A stretch of DNA of 32,000 nt from NCBI RefSeq assembly GCF_000953395.1, contig NZ_LN649236.1:210001-242000 (forward strand). The letters run 5' to 3'. Below the pieces are notes generated by a model. The model saw only the letters and a program-made list of their open reading frames with translations, had not been told where the DNA came from and ran no database searches. This document shows positions 1 to 8,459 of this stretch, piece by piece; position 1 is the stretch's first letter; every line of letters begins with the position of its first letter. The position numbers and the translations under genes were made by a program. This stretch comes from Candidatus Portiera aleyrodidarum. Lineage in GTDB: Bacteria; Pseudomonadota; Gammaproteobacteria; Johnevansiales; Johnevansiaceae.

Positions 1-1177
1 AACTACATTTAATTATTGTAACAATGTAAAAAAAACTAAACATAATATCAAGTTTTTTTCAAAAACCGATCTCGAAAGTTATAATAAATTATTATTAATT
101 ACAAAAAGATTTTTTGAATTTTGTTTTAAAAGGTTTTCAAAAAAAACCTTTAATACTATTTATCACTTGATAAAATGTATACCTACTTTTATTAAATTAA
201 AATGTTATCACTCATATTTTTATTTAATTAATCATTTTATAAAAAATAATAAATTAAAACAAATTTTTTCTATTTATCCTTTATTAATAGGAGGTAATCC
301 TTATAAAGTTTCTTGTTTATATTCCTTAATATTATATTTAGAACGTAAATGGGGTATACATTTTCCTCAAGGAGGTATAGGATATTTAATAAATAAATTA
401 GAAATGTTAATGCGCGAAGAAGGTATTAAAATATACACAGGTGTAAGTGTTAAAAAAATTATTACACATAAAAACAAAGCAATATCAATTATATTAAATA
501 ATAATTATTATATTAATACTAATTTTATTATATCAAATATAGAACCTAGATATTTATATAAAAATCTTATTAAGATGAAAAATAATTTATTTATAAAAAA
601 AAAATTATCCAAATTCGAATATTCTATTGGATTATTTATATTGTATTTTGGTACTAATTGTTTTTATTCAAATATTTCTCATCATACAATATTTTTTAAT
701 AAAACTTATAATAAATCCATCAAAAATATGTTTTATACTAATTGTTTTAATAAAAAAAATATTTGTATTTATGTACATCACCCAACTATAACTGATCATT
801 TTTGTAAACATTCTACTTTTTATGCATTAATCCCAGTACCTAATTTAAAACTTTATAACAATTGGTCAATGTATGAAAGTGAAAAGTTGGTTCAATCTAT
901 AATATCAATATTAGATTCTACATTATTACCCAAATTAAAAAAAAATATAATAACATGTTTTTATATTACACCAAATTTTTTTAAAGAAAGATATTTTAGT
1001 ACATATGGTAGTGGTTTTTCCCTTTCTCCTAATTTCAATCAAATAGCATGGTTTAGATTTCATAATAAATCCGAAACCATAAACAATCTTTATTTAGTAG
1101 GAGCAGGTACACACCCTGGCGCAGGAATACCAGGGGTGTTGTTAAGTGCTAAAATAATAGATAACTTAATTATATGA
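1..1177 (+). CDS. crtI: Phytoene desaturase CrtI, 5'-truncated by the window edge
   Basis: The frame starting at nt 2 has no stop codon between nt 2 and 166, so the track's TTG at 167 is internal. The translation (TFNYCNN...FSKTDLESYNKLL...IYPLLIGGNPY...KWGIHFPQGGIG...) is collinear with bacterial CrtI. It has the C-terminal LVGAGTHPGAGIPGV motif. The stop forms an ATGA overlap with crtB at 1174-1177. Confidence 0.9.
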   Translation, partial: TTFNYCNNVKKTKHNIKFFSKTDLESYNKLLLITKRFFEFCFKRFSKKTFNTIYHLIKCIPTFIKLKCYHSYFYLINHFIKNNKLKQIFSIYPLLIGGNPYKVSCLYSLILYLERKWGIHFPQGGIGYLINKLEMLMREEGIKIYTGVSVKKIITHKNKAISIILNNNYYINTNFIISNIEPRYLYKNLIKMKNNLFIKKKLSKFEYSIGLFILYFGTNCFYSNISHHTIFFNKTYNKSIKNMFYTNCFNKKNICIYVHHPTITDHFCKHSTFYALIPVPNLKLYNNWSMYESEKLVQSIISILDSTLLPKLKKNIITCFYITPNFFKERYFSTYGSGFSLSPNFNQIAWFRFHNKSETINNLYLVGAGTHPGAGIPGVLLSAKIIDNLII

Positions 1178-2028
1178 AGAAACAACTTTTTAAAAAATCA
1201 AATACACTAGTCAAAATCTATAGTAAAAATTTTTTTTTTACAAGTTTATTTATCAAACAAACATATTCTACAGATCTAAAACTAATTTATTTAATTTGTA
1301 GAACTCTTGATGAAATTGCTGATAACAACAATTTAGCTGATAACAACAATTCATTAACAAGATTAAAGTTAATTTTAAAACAACTAAAAAATAAGTATAA
1401 CAAAAAATTAGATAAACTGTCGTTGTATATAAACATTTTAAAAAACAATACCTCAATAAATATAACAGTATTTATTGAGTTAATTCAATGTTTAATAAAA
1501 GATATAAACTATCCTGCTAATCTAACAAATGAACAAGAATTAATATATTATTGTTATGGAGTTGCTGGAACTATAGGAATATTGATTTTACCTATTATAA
1601 ATAGTTCTATAAATAATACTCTTAATGCAATACATTTAGGCATGTTTATGCAACTCATTAATATTGCTAGAGATGTATTAGAAGACGCTTTTAAAGGTAG
1701 ACGTTATTTACCTGGATGCTGGGTTAATAATATAAGTGCAAAAGAAATTATTTATTTATCTAATAGCCCTATCAATAAAAAACATAAATTAATTAATAAT
1801 GCTATTATTAAACTACTTAATTTATCTCATTATTTTTATAATAAAGGTATAAAGAATATGTATAAATTAAACTATACCAATCGTCGTTTTATCAAAATAC
1901 TTAGTTCAATATATTATAAAATCAATATAAATATACGTACTTCAAACAACCCTTGGATATATAAACGTATATATATATCTTTATATTATAAAATATTTAT
2001 AACACTAAAAAATATTTTAATATGTTAA
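1174..2028 (+). CDS. crtB: Phytoene synthase CrtB
   Basis: 284 aa. It carries both squalene/phytoene synthase Asp-rich motifs: CRTLDEIAD (D46-D50) and INIARDVLEDAFKGRRYLP. It lies between crtI and crtY with overlapping start/stop codons. Confidence 0.9.
   Translation: MKKQLFKKSNTLVKIYSKNFFFTSLFIKQTYSTDLKLIYLICRTLDEIADNNNLADNNNSLTRLKLILKQLKNKYNKKLDKLSLYINILKNNTSINITVFIELIQCLIKDINYPANLTNEQELIYYCYGVAGTIGILILPIINSSINNTLNAIHLGMFMQLINIARDVLEDAFKGRRYLPGCWVNNISAKEIIYLSNSPINKKHKLINNAIIKLLNLSHYFYNKGIKNMYKLNYTNRRFIKILSSIYYKININIRTSNNPWIYKRIYISLYYKIFITLKNILIC
1318..1353 (+). repeat. 18-bp x2 in-frame tandem duplication inside crtB (gctgataacaacaattta / gctgataacaacaattca)
   Basis: Read directly from the sequence: 17 of 18 nt are identical between units. 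It encodes ADNNNL-ADNNNS (residues 49-60). Confidence 0.9.
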
Positions 2029-3164
2029 AAACACTATATGACATAGATATATTAATTTTAGGAGGGGGATGTACTGGTTTATCTTTAGCATATTATTTAA
2101 GTTATTTACCAAATAAATGTAACATTTTAATTATTGAAAATAAAACATTATATCATAATGATAAAACATGGTGTGGGTGGAGAACAAAAAACCATGCATT
2201 TATAACATGTTGCACAATTTTTTGGTATTCTTTTTATATAAAAAAAGCAAAACCATATTATTCAATCATAAATTCTTCTATTCCATATGAATATATTAGA
2301 TCAATATTTTTTTATAAAAAAATTCTTAATAGAATAACCAATATTTCGAATATACAATATTATAAGAATAAAATTATAAATATAAAAGAATATAAGAATT
2401 ATATATCAATAAAATTAAATACTGGAAAATATACAAATGCACGTTGGGTAATAGATACTATACCTAAACAAATAAAAATTTATTCACCTTGGCAATGGCA
2501 AACTTTTTTTGGTATAGAATTATATTTTAATAATATTTTTAAAAATTTTTCCAAACCATATTTAATGAATTTTTATCTAACAAAATATTTAAAATCTAAC
2601 AACTTTAATTTTATTTATATATTACCAATAAAAAAAAATAAAGTTTTATTTGAATGGACTATTTTTTCTAATAAAGATATTTTTATTATAAATAATTTAT
2701 TAATATTTTATATCAATATGAAAATAGGTATACATAATTATAAAATTTTAAGAAAAGAAACGGGACATATACCCATGGCTTATATAAAAAATCAAACAAA
2801 AATCAATCATTTAGCTAAATTATATGGCTGTTATATACGTACCTCAAATGGCTTTTCATTTCATCAAATTCAACAATGGGCAATAAAAGGTGCTTATAAT
2901 ATTTCCATTAATAAAAAACTTATCATACCAAATATTCATTATTTTTTTATATTTTTAGATTATATTTTTATGAGAACCATTGAAAGATATCCTAATATAT
3001 CTTTATTATTATATAATAATATATTTTATTACATAAATTCTAATTCTTTAATTTATTTTTTTACAAATACTTCTACAATATTAGATATATTAAATATTGT
3101 ATTGTTTATAAAACCTAAAGTTTTTTTATTATATACAATATTTATGAACTTATTTAATAATTGA
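2022..3164 (+). CDS. crtY: Lycopene beta-cyclase (CrtY-type)
   Basis: 380 aa. It has an N-terminal dinucleotide-binding fold DILILGGGCTGLSLAYYL (GxGxxG), and DKTWCGW and ETGHIPMA segments collinear with CrtY. It overlaps crtB by 7 nt. Similarity is weaker than for crtI and crtB, so the call leans partly on operon context. Confidence 0.8.
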   Translation: MLKTLYDIDILILGGGCTGLSLAYYLSYLPNKCNILIIENKTLYHNDKTWCGWRTKNHAFITCCTIFWYSFYIKKAKPYYSIINSSIPYEYIRSIFFYKKILNRITNISNIQYYKNKIINIKEYKNYISIKLNTGKYTNARWVIDTIPKQIKIYSPWQWQTFFGIELYFNNIFKNFSKPYLMNFYLTKYLKSNNFNFIYILPIKKNKVLFEWTIFSNKDIFIINNLLIFYINMKIGIHNYKILRKETGHIPMAYIKNQTKINHLAKLYGCYIRTSNGFSFHQIQQWAIKGAYNISINKKLIIPNIHYFFIFLDYIFMRTIERYPNISLLLYNNIFYYINSNSLIYFFTNTSTILDILNIVLFIKPKVFLLYTIFMNLFNN

Positions 3165-4235
3165 TAATTGTTCAGATTTAAATTCATTAATTAAGGAATT
3201 TATTATTACATCTAAATTACCAGAAATAATATTATTTAAATCATAAATGGTTAAATTAATTCTATGATCTGTTACACGTCCTTGTGAATAATTATAAGTA
3301 CGAATCCTTTCTGATCTATCTCCTGAACCAATCAATGATTTTCTTATTGTGGTTTGTTTTTTTTGAACTTCATCTTTATATTTTTGTTTTAATTTTGCTT
3401 TTAATAATAAAATAGCTTTAGATTTATTTTTATGTTGAGAACGTTCATTTTGACATTCAACTACTATATTTGTAGGTATGTGAGTAATACGTATGGCCGA
3501 ATCAGTAGTATTTACATGTTGACCACCTGCCCCACTAGATCTATAAGTATCAATACGTAAATCAAATGAATTAATTTTGATATTTAAATCTTTTTTTATT
3601 TCAGCCATAACAACTACAGTACAAGCCGAAGTATGTATTCTACCTATAGATTCGGTATCAGGTATTCTTTGTACCCGGTGAGTCCCAGATTCAAATTTTA
3701 ATTTACCATATATACCATATCCTTTAATTCGTAAAATAATTTCTTTAAAACCCCCATATTCTCCTGAATTAAAACTAATTATTTCAATTTGCCAGTTATT
3801 GTTTTCAGCATATTTATAATACATTCTAAATAAATCACCAGCAAAAAGCGCAGCTTCTGAACCACCAGTACCAGCACGTATTTCTAAAAAAATACCATTT
3901 TTATCTTCTTTATTATAATTTTGTATTAAATTAGTTTTTATATTACTAATTATTTTTTTTAATTTACTTGTTATATTTTTTATTTCTTCAAGTATTAATT
4001 CACGTAATTCTAAATCATTTTCATTATATATTGTTTTATTATAAATAAGTTCTAATTCTAATTTTTTATATGTCTTCCATAAATTTACTAATTTTTCGAA
4101 GTTTGAATATTCACGTGAATATTTTATATATTTATCTTTTTTATAAATAATTTCACTTTTGGAAAGTAAATAAGATAAATTATAAAATTTTTTTTCAATT
4201 TTGTTTAAATAATTACGTACGTTATTTTTGATCAA
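3150..4235 (-). CDS. prfA: Peptide chain release factor 1
   Basis: 361 aa. It has the GGQ motif (SGAGGQHVNTTDSAIRITHIPT) and an RF1-type PxT tripeptide (PDT) rather than the RF2 SPF. It is collinear with E. coli RF1 along its whole length. The predicted start is TTG at 4235-4233, preceded by a TAGGTAA Shine-Dalgarno-like motif. Confidence 0.93.
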   Translation of the reverse strand: MIKNNVRNYLNKIEKKFYNLSYLLSKSEIIYKKDKYIKYSREYSNFEKLVNLWKTYKKLELELIYNKTIYNENDLELRELILEEIKNITSKLKKIISNIKTNLIQNYNKEDKNGIFLEIRAGTGGSEAALFAGDLFRMYYKYAENNNWQIEIISFNSGEYGGFKEIILRIKGYGIYGKLKFESGTHRVQRIPDTESIGRIHTSACTVVVMAEIKKDLNIKINSFDLRIDTYRSSGAGGQHVNTTDSAIRITHIPTNIVVECQNERSQHKNKSKAILLLKAKLKQKYKDEVQKKQTTIRKSLIGSGDRSERIRTYNYSQGRVTDHRINLTIYDLNNIISGNLDVIINSLINEFKSEQLSIIK

Positions 4236-4320
4236 ATTAATTTACCTACAAATATATTAAATAATATATAATTATATTAAAATGATAAATATAATAAATT
4301 ATTTATAGGTAAGTGTAAAT

Positions 4321-5268
4321 ATGATTTTTTCTAAATTAATGTTATTTACTGGTAATTCTAATATTGAACTAGCCAAAAAAATTGCTATTGGTTTAAAAAC
4401 TAAATTAGGTAACTCGACAGTTAATAAATTTAGTGATGGTGAAATTTCGGTTGAAATTAAAGAAAATGTAAGAGGTAAAGATATTTTTATATTACAATCC
4501 ACTTGTGTACCTACTAATAATAATTTAATAGAATTAATTTTAATTATAGATGCTTTACGTAGAGCTTCCGCTACAAGAATTACAGCTGTAATACCTTATT
4601 TAGGGTATTCTAGACAAGATCGTAGAATAAGATCTACACGTGTTCCTATTTCTGCAAAAGTTATAGCAGATATGATTGTTAAAGCAGGTGTAAACCGTGT
4701 TATGACGATGGATTTACATGCTGATCAAATACAAGGTTTTTTTGATGTCCCTGTAGATAATATCTATGGATCTCCTGTACTAATAAAAGATATAGAAAAT
4801 CAAAAATACAATAATATTGTAATAGTATCACCTGATATAGGTGGCGTTGTACGTGCAAGAGCAATAGCTAAAGAATTAAATGTAGATTTATCTATTATAG
4901 ATAAACGTCGTCCTAAAAAAAATAAAACACAAGTAATGCATATTATTGGAGATATTAAAGAAAGGACATGTATATTAATTGATGATATTGCAGATACTGC
5001 TAGTACTTTATGTAAAGCAGCTGAATCATTAAAACAAAAAGGAGCTAAATATGTATTTGCATATATTACTCATGCTATATTATCAGGTAATGCTATAGAT
5101 ATTATAAACCAATCATTATTAGATAAATTAATAATTACAGATACTATACCTTTATCTAAAAAAGCTATTAGTAGTAACAAAATTAGACAATTATCTGTTG
5201 CTAGTATAATAGCAGAAGCTATACGTAGAGTGAATAATGAAGAATCAATAAGTGCAATGTTTAATTAA
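4321..5268 (+). CDS. prs: Ribose-phosphate pyrophosphokinase (PRPP synthetase)
   Basis: 315 aa. Motifs: [26 protein letters not shown], and the PRPP-binding loop [12 protein letters not shown]. Confidence 0.95.
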   Translation: MIFSKLMLFTGNSNIELAKKIAIGLKTKLGNSTVNKFSDGEISVEIKENVRGKDIFILQSTCVPTNNNLIELILIIDALRRASATRITAVIPYLGYSRQDRRIRSTRVPISAKVIADMIVKAGVNRVMTMDLHADQIQGFFDVPVDNIYGSPVLIKDIENQKYNNIVIVSPDIGGVVRARAIAKELNVDLSIIDKRRPKKNKTQVMHIIGDIKERTCILIDDIADTASTLCKAAESLKQKGAKYVFAYITHAILSGNAIDIINQSLLDKLIITDTIPLSKKAISSNKIRQLSVASIIAEAIRRVNNEESISAMFN

Positions 5269-5291
5269 TAATTTATTTGGAATTGTTCATA

Positions 5292-5861
5292 ATGCAAATT
5301 AATCAAATTAATGCTTTTATTAGATATAATATAGGAAAAAAAGCAAATAAAAGATTACGTAAGAATACAATTATCCCAGGGATAATATATGGAGGTAATA
5401 AACAAAATTTACTTATTGCTATAGAACAAGAAAAATTTGTAAATTTTATAAAACAAGAAAATTGTTTTTCTTCTATATTATATATAACGATAAATCATAA
5501 TAAAGAAAAAGTTTTTATACGTGATATACAACGTCATCCTTTTAAAAAATTAATAAATCATATAGATTTTATACGTATAAATGAAAATAAAACAATTAAT
5601 GTATTAGTGAAAATAAAAATTATAGGAATGGAAAATTGTAAAGGTGTAAAAAAAGAAGGAGGAATACTAGTTTTACATAAAAATTATATTAAAATAAAAT
5701 GTTTACCTAAATATATTCCTAAGTTTATTGAAATAAATGTAAGTAATTTATCTTTAGGAGAAACGGTATTTTTAAAAAATATTTATAAAACAAACAACAT
5801 TTTATTTTTAGAAAACAACCAAGAAATTATTACCGTTAAACGTATAATAAAAACTGTATAA
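5292..5861 (+). CDS. rplY: 50S ribosomal protein L25, long Ctc-type form
   Basis: The track ORF starts at TTG 5277, but the ATG at 5292 (MQINQINAFIR...) matches L25/Ctc N-termini (KRLRKNTIIPGIIYGG). At about 189 aa it is the long Ctc form typical of Pseudomonas/Halomonas relatives. It follows prs, as in those genomes. Confidence 0.85.
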   Translation: MQINQINAFIRYNIGKKANKRLRKNTIIPGIIYGGNKQNLLIAIEQEKFVNFIKQENCFSSILYITINHNKEKVFIRDIQRHPFKKLINHIDFIRINENKTINVLVKIKIIGMENCKGVKKEGGILVLHKNYIKIKCLPKYIPKFIEINVSNLSLGETVFLKNIYKTNNILFLENNQEIITVKRIIKTV

Positions 5862-5865
5862 GTAT

Positions 5866-5939
5866 GGCTACGTAGCTCAGATGGTGAGAGCGCATCACTC
5901 ATAATGATGAGGTCCCCTGTTCAAGTCAGGGCGTAGCTA
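5866..5939 (+). tRNA. tRNA-Met (CAU), elongator type
   Basis: Hand-folded 74-nt cloverleaf: acceptor ggctacg/cgtagct, anticodon arm catca-ctCATaa-tgatg, T loop ttcaagt. It is almost identical in body to E. coli elongator tRNA-Met. No CCA is encoded. Confidence 0.9.
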
Positions 5940-5945
5940 TTAACA

Positions 5946-6018
5946 CTCCCCGAACAGGGATCGAACCTGTGACAAAATGATTAACAGTCATTTGCTCTAC
6001 CAGCTGAGCTATCGGGGA
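5946..6018 (-). tRNA. tRNA-Asn (GUU)
   Basis: The reverse complement is tccccgatagctcagctggtagagcaaatgactGTTaatcattttgtcacaggttcgatccctgttcggggag. It forms a canonical cloverleaf with discriminator G. Confidence 0.9.
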
Positions 6019-6026
6019 TATTATTA

Positions 6027-6842
6027 TTATGTTAATATATAATTATTATATTTATCAAGTATTTTTTTAAAAAAATTATCATTATTACTTAATAAAAATT
6101 CTCCAATTAAAAAAACATTAACACCCAAATTATTTAATTTTTTTAAATCATTAACATTTAAAATTCCTGATTCAGTAACCAAAACAACATTGGAAGGTAT
6201 ATATTTAAGTAATGAAATTGTTATATTTATAGACGTATTAAATGTATATAAATTTCGATTATTTATACCTATAAATGTTGCATTTAAAGAAAATAACGCT
6301 ATTTCTAATTCTAAAATATTATGGATTTCTACTAATACATCTAAACCAATGGATAAGGCTATATTATATAATGTTTTTAATAAATCATAGTTTAAAATTG
6401 ACACTATTAACAAAATACAATCTGCACCTAGTAAACGTGCTTCAAAAATTTGATATTCATCAATAATAAAATCTTTAAATAAAATTGGTAAATCAAAAAG
6501 TTTCTTTACTGTTAATATATATTTTTTACTACCTTTAAAAAAATTGGTTTCTGTTAATATAGAAATACAAACAGCTCCATTTAAATAATAATTATAAGCT
6601 ATTTTTTCAATATTATTAGTATTATTAATAATTCCTTTAGAAGGTGAACATCTTTTAATTTCTGCAATAACTGAAATTTGTTTTTCGTATTGTTTTTTTT
6701 TTATAGAATGTATAAAAATCTTATTATTAAATTGTTGTTTATATAAATAAAAACATTTACGTATTTTTTTTAATGATAATTTTTTTATACAATTATTAAT
6801 TGTATTACGTTTATATTTTAATATATTTTTTAATATATTCAT
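6027..6842 (-). CDS. trpC: Indole-3-glycerol phosphate synthase (monofunctional)
   Basis: 271 aa. It has VIAEIKRCSPSKG and other IGPS barrel motifs, and no fused TrpF domain. Its start forms an ATGA overlap with the trpD stop. Confidence 0.9.
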   Translation of the reverse strand: MNILKNILKYKRNTINNCIKKLSLKKIRKCFYLYKQQFNNKIFIHSIKKKQYEKQISVIAEIKRCSPSKGIINNTNNIEKIAYNYYLNGAVCISILTETNFFKGSKKYILTVKKLFDLPILFKDFIIDEYQIFEARLLGADCILLIVSILNYDLLKTLYNIALSIGLDVLVEIHNILELEIALFSLNATFIGINNRNLYTFNTSINITISLLKYIPSNVVLVTESGILNVNDLKKLNNLGVNVFLIGEFLLSNNDNFFKKILDKYNNYILT

Positions 6843-7864
6843 TCTAATATACCTTTATTTAAATATTTAGTATAAAATACAAGTTTATTTAATTTTTTAT
6901 ATGCTTTTCCTGAGATTAATATATACTTCGCTAAATCAATTCCATTTTTAATATTACTTACTATTCCTGAAACATATAAAGCTGTTCCTGAATTTAATAC
7001 AATTATGTCAAAAGCTATACAAAAATTACCTTTCATAGAATGAAGGATGATATCCAAACTTTGTAAAACATTTTTGATTTTGATAAAATCTAAAGATTGG
7101 TTGTTTAAAAAAAATTTTTTAGGATGAATTAAATAATTTTTTATTTTCCCATTATTTAATTCCGAAATATAAGTTGATTTATTTAAAGATATTTCATCAG
7201 AACCATCTTTGGAATGTATGATTAAAGTTTTGATACTACCTATTTTCATAAAAGCTTGAGCTAATATATTTAATAACCTTTTATCATATACTCCTACTAA
7301 TTGTTTTAACGGTTTTATAGGATTAGTTAACGGACCTATTATATTAAATATTGTAGGTATACGTATATCAATTCTTATTTTTATTATTTTTTTTTTATAT
7401 TTAAAATCCGATATTAAAAAAACTAATCTTAATTTTTTGATACATTTTATAATATCTTTTTTTTTAAAAGTTAAAGTTATTCCTAATACATTAAGTAAAT
7501 CTAAACTTCCTGAATAAGATGATATATTTTTACTACCATATTTAGCAACGTTTATTGCACCTGTAGCAGCAACCACAAAACTTGAAGCTGTTGATATATT
7601 AAAATAATTTAAATTATCACTACCTGTACCTACTAAATCCATAAAATTCTCATTAATTATATTATAATTATAATAATCATTTATTACCTTAGCTGTTGCT
7701 GCTATTTCCTCACTAGTTTCTTTTTTTATAGATAATGCTGTTAATATAGATGCTATTTGTGTTGATTTGATTTGACCAAAATTTATAACTTTCATTAGTT
7801 TATAAAATTTATTAAATTTTATATTTTTTTTATTTATTAAATCTTGTAATATTGTATAAATCAT
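6839..7864 (-). CDS. trpD: Anthranilate phosphoribosyltransferase
   Basis: 341 aa. Motifs: VGTGSDNLNYFNISTAS and AKYGSKNISSYSGSLDLL. Confidence 0.92.
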   Translation of the reverse strand: MIYTILQDLINKKNIKFNKFYKLMKVINFGQIKSTQIASILTALSIKKETSEEIAATAKVINDYYNYNIINENFMDLVGTGSDNLNYFNISTASSFVVAATGAINVAKYGSKNISSYSGSLDLLNVLGITLTFKKKDIIKCIKKLRLVFLISDFKYKKKIIKIRIDIRIPTIFNIIGPLTNPIKPLKQLVGVYDKRLLNILAQAFMKIGSIKTLIIHSKDGSDEISLNKSTYISELNNGKIKNYLIHPKKFFLNNQSLDFIKIKNVLQSLDIILHSMKGNFCIAFDIIVLNSGTALYVSGIVSNIKNGIDLAKYILISGKAYKKLNKLVFYTKYLNKGILE

Positions 7865-7865
7865 A

Positions 7866-8444
7866 TTATTTTTTTAGAAAGTTTTTTAATAATTCATGAC
7901 CTTGATAAGATAAAATAGATTCTGGATGAAATTGTAAACCTTCAATATTATATTGTTTATGTTTTATACCCATAATTACATTTGGAGTTAAATCATAAAA
8001 CTCTGTTATAGCTGTAATTTCTAAACTATCAGGTAAATATTTTTTCTCAATTAGTAAAGAATGATATCTATTTACTTCTATGGGATTTATTAATCCTTTA
8101 AATAAACCTTTATTTTTATGTTTAATTCTTGACGTTTTTCCATGAAAAATTTGTGGTGATTTAATGATTTTACAACCAAATACTTGTCCTATTATTTGAT
8201 GTCCAAGACATATTCCTAATATTGGAATTTTATTTGCAAAATGTTTAATTATTTCAATAGAAAGACCAGCTTTCTTTGGTGTACATGGTCCTGGTGAAAT
8301 AACTAAATGAGTAAAATAACATTTTTCTATATTTTTTATATTAATATTATTACGAATAATATTAACCTTAACACCTATTTCCATAAAATAATGTACAATA
8401 TTAAAAGTGAAACTATCATAGTTATCAATAATTAAAATTCTCAA
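7866..8444 (-). CDS. trpG: Anthranilate synthase component II (glutamine amidotransferase)
   Basis: 192 aa. It has the catalytic Cys in ILGICLGHQ and the His/Glu in LQFHPES. The predicted start is TTG, preceded by a strong AGGAAAGGA Shine-Dalgarno motif in the 15-nt trpE-trpG spacer. Confidence 0.93.
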   Translation of the reverse strand: MRILIIDNYDSFTFNIVHYFMEIGVKVNIIRNNINIKNIEKCYFTHLVISPGPCTPKKAGLSIEIIKHFANKIPILGICLGHQIIGQVFGCKIIKSPQIFHGKTSRIKHKNKGLFKGLINPIEVNRYHSLLIEKKYLPDSLEITAITEFYDLTPNVIMGIKHKQYNIEGLQFHPESILSYQGHELLKNFLKK

Positions 8445-8459
8445 AAGGGTATCCTTTCC

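Noticed and set aside
129-151. A 9-bp inverted repeat, aaaggtttt...aaaaccttt, inside crtI, with a similar gttttcaaaaaacc at about 11687-11700.
   Set aside because: The stems are A/T-dominated, and the first lies inside a coding region. There is no following T-run consistent with a terminator on the coding strand, and the similarity between the two sites is short. This is most likely chance.
3654-3662. The RF1 tripeptide anticodon reads PDT rather than the common PAT/PVT.
   Set aside because: The middle residue of PxT is variable among RF1 homologues. The flanking recognition residues (RVQR..P.T, IHTS) and the GGQ motif are intact. There is no evidence for altered stop-codon recognition, and TAA, TAG and TGA all appear as stops in this window.
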